Shown here piece after piece: positions 16,224-20,000 of a stretch of 20,000 nucleotides of DNA; within the stretch, counting starts at the first letter, position 1, and every line of letters starts with the position of its first letter. The position numbers were made by a program, and so were the translations under genes. The notes below the pieces were generated by a model. It did not search any database, had not been told where the DNA came from, and saw nothing but the letters and a program-made list of their open reading frames with translations. The stretch lies in the sequence record SRR2962707_1082. One strand, given 5' to 3'.

Positions 16224-17252
16224 TTAAGAGATGCGCAATATGATTTTGCCAAAAACGTCTCGGGTTTCCATACGTTCAAGCGCTTTTGAGATGCCTTCAA
16301 AGTCGACTTCTGTATCCACAACAGGGTGAACGAGACCGCGCGCCATTTTCTGCATCGCATTTTCCATATTGCGCATTGTGCAACCAAATGATCCAATAAG
16401 GCGCAATTGTTGTTGGAAAAGCATCATCAGATTGATGGATGTTGAAACGCCGGAAGTCGAACCGCAGGTGACCAAACGGCCACCGCGTTTCATTGAAAAC
16501 ATAGAGCCTGCCCACGTGTCTGCGCCGACATGTTCGAAAACAACATCCACGCCCTTTTTCTTGGTCAGTTTGCGCACAACGCCTTCAAAGCGGTCTTCGC
16601 GGTAATTGATTACGTGATCTGCGCCTAGCGCTTTTGCAGGTTCAATTTTTGCATCAGAACCAACAGTCGTAATAACCGTACAGCCCATTTTTTTAGCCAA
16701 TTGAATGGCGGCAGAGCCAATGCCAGAACCACCTGCGTGAACCAAAATGGTTTCGCCCGGCTGCAGTTTCGCGTTGTCGAACAGCATGTGTTCAACTGTG
16801 CCGAAAGTGATCGGAGATACGGCAGCGCCGATTTCGTCAACGCCTGGAGGTGCTGCAACCAGATTGCGCGCTGGCATATTTACGAGTTCTTGGGCAAAGC
16901 CATCTAGATGGAAGCCATGAACACCGCCGACATGTTCACATAAATTATCGCGGCCTTCTTTACATGGCTGGCAAAGGCCGCATGTTCGAGCGCCGAATAT
17001 TGAGACGAGTTGGCCCGGAACAAAGCCTGATACGCCTTGGCCAATTGAATCGACGATGGCTGAGGCTTCTGCACCGACTGTTAAAGGCAATTTGCGTTTT
17101 GCAAATGCCATGCCGCGCCAGCCCCATACATCAATATGATTGAGCGCTACGGCCTGAATGCGTAGCTGCACTTCGCCGATGCCCGGAGGCGGCGGCGGTG
17201 CCACATCCACAAGTTCAAGTTTTCGATCTTCGATAAGTTGAAGCGCGCGCAT
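16224..17252 (-). CDS. adhA2XL: Medium-chain dehydrogenase/reductase of the VLCFA cluster (AdhA2XL)
   Basis: MRALQL, ALNHIDVWGWRGMAFAKR, structural-Zn motif CGLCQPCKEGRDNLC, HAGGSGIG, GADHVINY, FGKIIL. It lies between fabF1XL and lpxXL. ATG 17252 is preferred over GTG 17258. Confidence 0.85.
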   Translation of the reverse strand: MRALQLIEDRKLELVDVAPPPPPGIGEVQLRIQAVALNHIDVWGWRGMAFAKRKLPLTVGAEASAIVDSIGQGVSGFVPGQLVSIFGARTCGLCQPCKEGRDNLCEHVGGVHGFHLDGFAQELVNMPARNLVAAPPGVDEIGAAVSPITFGTVEHMLFDNAKLQPGETILVHAGGSGIGSAAIQLAKKMGCTVITTVGSDAKIEPAKALGADHVINYREDRFEGVVRKLTKKKGVDVVFEHVGADTWAGSMFSMKRGGRLVTCGSTSGVSTSINLMMLFQQQLRLIGSFGCTMRNMENAMQKMARGLVHPVVDTEVDFEGISKALERMETRDVFGKIILRIS

Positions 17253-17290
17253 GGCCACCCTTTACATTATTCTAAATAATAGAAGTGGGT

Positions 17291-18562
17291 CTAGTTTGGT
17301 TCTGCCGCAATGACAAGACACGCATTTTGTCCGCCAAAGCCAAATGAGTTGGATAGAACCCGCGTGACATTGTGATCACGCTTTACGTTTGGCACCACAT
17401 CCACATCGATCAACGGATCTGGATTTTGATAATTGATGGTTGGTGGCAATATGCCATTGCGAATGGTGAGCAGCGAAAAGACTGCTTCAATTGCGCCAGC
17501 AGCCGTCAAAGCATGGCCAATCATCGATTTATTCGACGAGATTGGAATGCCCGATAGGTTTTCACCGAAAATCGAAATCAATGATGTTGATTCCATCTTA
17601 TCGTTTTCAGGGGTCGATGTGCCGTGGGCATTGATATAGCCGATGTCAGTTGTTTTAACGCCTGCGTCATTAAGCGCGGCATTAACCGCCGCAATGGCCG
17701 GTGAGCCATCAGGTTTTGAGCGGGTACGGTGGAAATCATCGGCGCATTCGCCGCAGCCTTCCAAAACGCCCAAAATCTCTGCGCCGCGCGCGATTGCGGC
17801 AGCAAGCGGTTCCATAACCAAAGCGCCAGCACCTTCAGCCATGACAAAGCCGTCACGATCTTTTGAGAAGGGTTTAGAAGCGGTTTCAGGGTCATCATTG
17901 TGTGTGGATAAAGCTGACAGCAAAGAAAAGCGTACGAGCGCTTCAGCGGTCACAGAACCGTCCGTACCAATAGCCAATACGCGGTCTGCTTCGCCGCGGC
18001 GCAGGCTTTCGACACCCATTTGAATCGCTGTCGCGCCAGATGCACAGGCTGTTGATAGCGTTACTGGTAGGCCGCGCGCGCCGATTTTTTGGTGAAGGCG
18101 GCTTGCGGTAGCGGCAAAACAAACAGATGGGCGCATGGTGCTATGATGCGACGTGCGTGCTGCTTCAAGCAGGCGGTCATAGGTGCTGCCGCTTGAAGTT
18201 TCGGAATAAAGGCGAAAGCGATGCTGCCATTCAAGTTCTACAGGCGGTGCTGCGACGAAAATCGGGCCGCCGAAATCCGTCGTCGATAGGCCGGATTCAG
18301 CAATTGCTTCGAGCGCGGCTGATTCTGCGAGTGCGTAGGTGAGGGCACCGGAACCTTCTTCGGGCGATGTCATAAAGTCGACAGTGCCTGCGATTGTTGT
18401 TCTTAGGTGTTCTGTAGGGAAGCGCTCAATGCGGTGAATGCCTGATTGGCCAGAAATCAATTTTTCCCAATTGTCTTGCTTGCCACGGCCGAGCGATGAG
18501 ACAACGCCGGCACCAGTGATCGCAATAATTGGACGACCCTGTTTATCCAAATAAGAAGCCAT
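17291..18562 (-). CDS. fabF1XL: Beta-ketoacyl-ACP synthase FabF1XL (catalytic Cys-His-His intact)
   Basis: STACASGA (Cys codon 18046-18044), INAHGTST, SNKSMIGH, PFSKDRDGFVMAEGAG, SNSFGFGGQN. Confidence 0.88.
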   Translation of the reverse strand: MASYLDKQGRPIIAITGAGVVSSLGRGKQDNWEKLISGQSGIHRIERFPTEHLRTTIAGTVDFMTSPEEGSGALTYALAESAALEAIAESGLSTTDFGGPIFVAAPPVELEWQHRFRLYSETSSGSTYDRLLEAARTSHHSTMRPSVCFAATASRLHQKIGARGLPVTLSTACASGATAIQMGVESLRRGEADRVLAIGTDGSVTAEALVRFSLLSALSTHNDDPETASKPFSKDRDGFVMAEGAGALVMEPLAAAIARGAEILGVLEGCGECADDFHRTRSKPDGSPAIAAVNAALNDAGVKTTDIGYINAHGTSTPENDKMESTSLISIFGENLSGIPISSNKSMIGHALTAAGAIEAVFSLLTIRNGILPPTINYQNPDPLIDVDVVPNVKRDHNVTRVLSNSFGFGGQNACLVIAAEPN

Positions 18563-19776
18563 TACGCTGTGCCTCCTTCGTTGGCAGAGACAATCGCAAC
18601 GCCTTCGCTTTCTTCAAAACCGAGTGTTAAAACACCGATTTTTGAAACGGGGCGAGAAAATGCAGTTTCAAAGCGGCTGTCGATTTGCGCGACAGGCTTG
18701 CCGTGGTGAACGCTGAGCGCGCCGATAGCAATGCCGAGCGGGAATTGTGCTTCGCGAAGTGTACCAACGACGGATGAAATGCCGCGCACGGGCACATGCC
18801 TTAGCTGATTTGTTAAAAATTCTTTTTCAATCGCCGTGCGCTCTTTTGCGCCTGTGGCACTAGAAATCACCATGCCTACTTCTTCAAGACCGGTTTCTTG
18901 TGTGAGTTTACTCAAGCGTGACAGCGTTTCGTCTTGCCCGTCAGGACCGAAATCGGCAGCAATTGTGTCCAATTGTGCGTAGATACGTGCGCCGCGCGCT
19001 TCAGCATGTTCGCGGCTTTCGAGAACCAGAAAAACACCGCCGGAGCCAGCGTTAATACCGCCGCCATCAACATTATCGCGTTGCCAAACAGGAGACCAGC
19101 CGCTGCGCATGAGGTGATGGCCAATTTCATAGCCAAGAAGCATATCAGGATGTTCGCAATTATAAGATGCGCCAACCAATATATGCGTGCTCTGACCAGC
19201 CCGAATGCGCGATGCCGCAGTTTTGACCGCTGAAATGCCTGCGCCTTCTTCGCCCATAAATGTGCGCGAAGAGCCGGTTACTTTGTGTACAATAGAAATA
19301 TTGCCTGCCAGCAAGTTAGACAGCTGCGCGAGGAATAAAGTCGGGCGAAGTTCTGTGGTCAGTTTCGCATTGACCAAAACGCCAAGGTCAACACCTTCTT
19401 CTTCAGATCCCGATAGGATCATCGCATCAACATCGATATCACGCTCACCGCCAGCGGCGGCCACGATCATATCCATTGTTGATGTTAGTTCTTCAACGCC
19501 TTTAATGCCTGCATCATCAAGCGCTAGGCCTGCGGTGTAGGTGCCAATGCGTTGCCAAGCTTCCATCTGGCGCTGGTCGCGCTTTGATATTTGCTCAGCC
19601 CAATCAATTTCTGGCAGTGGATGCACTGTGTATGGGGCAAACCGCTCGCTATCGAAAACGGGAGCAGCCCCGATTGAAAGTGCGTTCCAATTTACATCAC
19701 CACCCACACCAAGCGCTGTCACCATACCAATGCCGGTTATGACGACATCATTTGCGTTATTTTGACTATTGCTCAT
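18562..19776 (-). CDS. fabF2XL: Beta-ketoacyl-ACP synthase-like protein FabF2XL (catalytic residues absent)
   Basis: VVITGIGMVTALG, RQMEAWQRIGTYTAGLALDDAG, LRPTLFLAQLSNLLAGNISIVHKVTGSSRTFMGEEGAG, LVLESREHAEARGARIYA. One-base overlap (TAATG) with the fabF1XL start. Confidence 0.87.
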   Translation of the reverse strand: MSNSQNNANDVVITGIGMVTALGVGGDVNWNALSIGAAPVFDSERFAPYTVHPLPEIDWAEQISKRDQRQMEAWQRIGTYTAGLALDDAGIKGVEELTSTMDMIVAAAGGERDIDVDAMILSGSEEEGVDLGVLVNAKLTTELRPTLFLAQLSNLLAGNISIVHKVTGSSRTFMGEEGAGISAVKTAASRIRAGQSTHILVGASYNCEHPDMLLGYEIGHHLMRSGWSPVWQRDNVDGGGINAGSGGVFLVLESREHAEARGARIYAQLDTIAADFGPDGQDETLSRLSKLTQETGLEEVGMVISSATGAKERTAIEKEFLTNQLRHVPVRGISSVVGTLREAQFPLGIAIGALSVHHGKPVAQIDSRFETAFSRPVSKIGVLTLGFEESEGVAIVSANEGGTA

Positions 19777-19819
19777 ATGCGAAACAGGCTTTTTGGCGTT
19801 GATAGTAAATGGATCGGAT

Positions 19820-20000
19820 TTAAGCCGATTTAGCGGCTACGAGTTCGTCGATTTTTGCACAAAGATTTTTCAATACGAAATATTCTTCTGTTGGCACTTT
19901 TCCGTCATTGACGTCTTGTGTCCACTGCTCAAGCGGGATCTTGATGCCGAAGTCTTTATCGATTGCAAAAACGATGTCGAGGAAATCAAGGCTGTCGATG
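19820..20000 (-). CDS. acpXL: Specialised acyl carrier protein AcpXL (3' part; the start lies beyond the window)
   Basis: Not in the ORF track. Manual translation from 19999 gives [59 protein letters not shown], with the DSL phosphopantetheine site and the AcpXL-typical IPLE.WTQ.VN.GK...[10 protein letters not shown] segment. Confidence 0.93.
   Translation of the reverse strand, partial: IDSLDFLDIVFAIDKDFGIKIPLEQWTQDVNDGKVPTEEYFVLKNLCAKIDELVAAKSA

Noticed and set aside
17260..17285. AT-rich TTTACATTATTCTAAA as an Irr/ICE iron box, and a TTCTA/TAGAA mini-stem
   Set aside because: Only one half-site matches and the spacing is wrong. It lies in a short intra-operon gap, and the stem is too weak to be a terminator.
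184..19765. Numerous 60-236 aa alternative ORFs in the track (e.g. 703-1185 -, 8710-9420 -, 11382-11963 +, 12119-12679 -, 13611-14099 +)
   Set aside because: All overlap well-supported genes on the opposite strand or in another frame and show no recognisable motifs. They are the expected shadow ORFs of moderately GC-rich coding DNA.
1..20000. Mobile elements, CRISPR arrays, tRNA/rRNA genes, defence systems or pseudogenes
   Set aside because: No transposase/integrase motifs, regular repeat-spacer pattern, RNA-gene-like segments or frameshifts were seen. Nearly all sequence is covered by intact metabolic genes.

Overview
Gene-dense alphaproteobacterial chromosome segment. AcpXL/LpxXL genes point to Rhizobiales/Hyphomicrobiales (inference). 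Four blocks: (1) 1-9516, a cobalamin biosynthesis cluster: 3' end of cobL, cobI, a full-length cbiG-cobJ fusion, cobM, then cbiD-cobK on the opposite strand, then cobA, cobB, threonine-phosphate decarboxylase (cobC) and cobD/cbiB. (2) 9513-14540, a minus-strand peptide/nickel-family (PepT) ABC importer: SBP, two permeases and a fused double ATPase. (3) 14783-15214, a small exported YkuD-type L,D-transpeptidase with a clear promoter and terminator. (4) 15277-20000, the lipid A very-long-chain fatty acid cluster: acpXL (partial), fabF2XL, fabF1XL, adhA2XL, lpxXL. I saw no mobile elements, RNA genes, CRISPR arrays, riboswitches or orphan genes, and I cannot support a wholly new system. The most unusual features are architectural. 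The cbiD-cobK block is embedded antisense in the cob cluster with no room for a terminator, and its 50-bp divergent gap carries overlapping -10 boxes. The cob pathway has CbiG plus CbiD under otherwise aerobic-type genes. The VLCFA cluster has no fabZXL at its usual position, a ketosynthase paralog without catalytic residues, and a 'dehydrogenase' that looks like an enoyl reductase.
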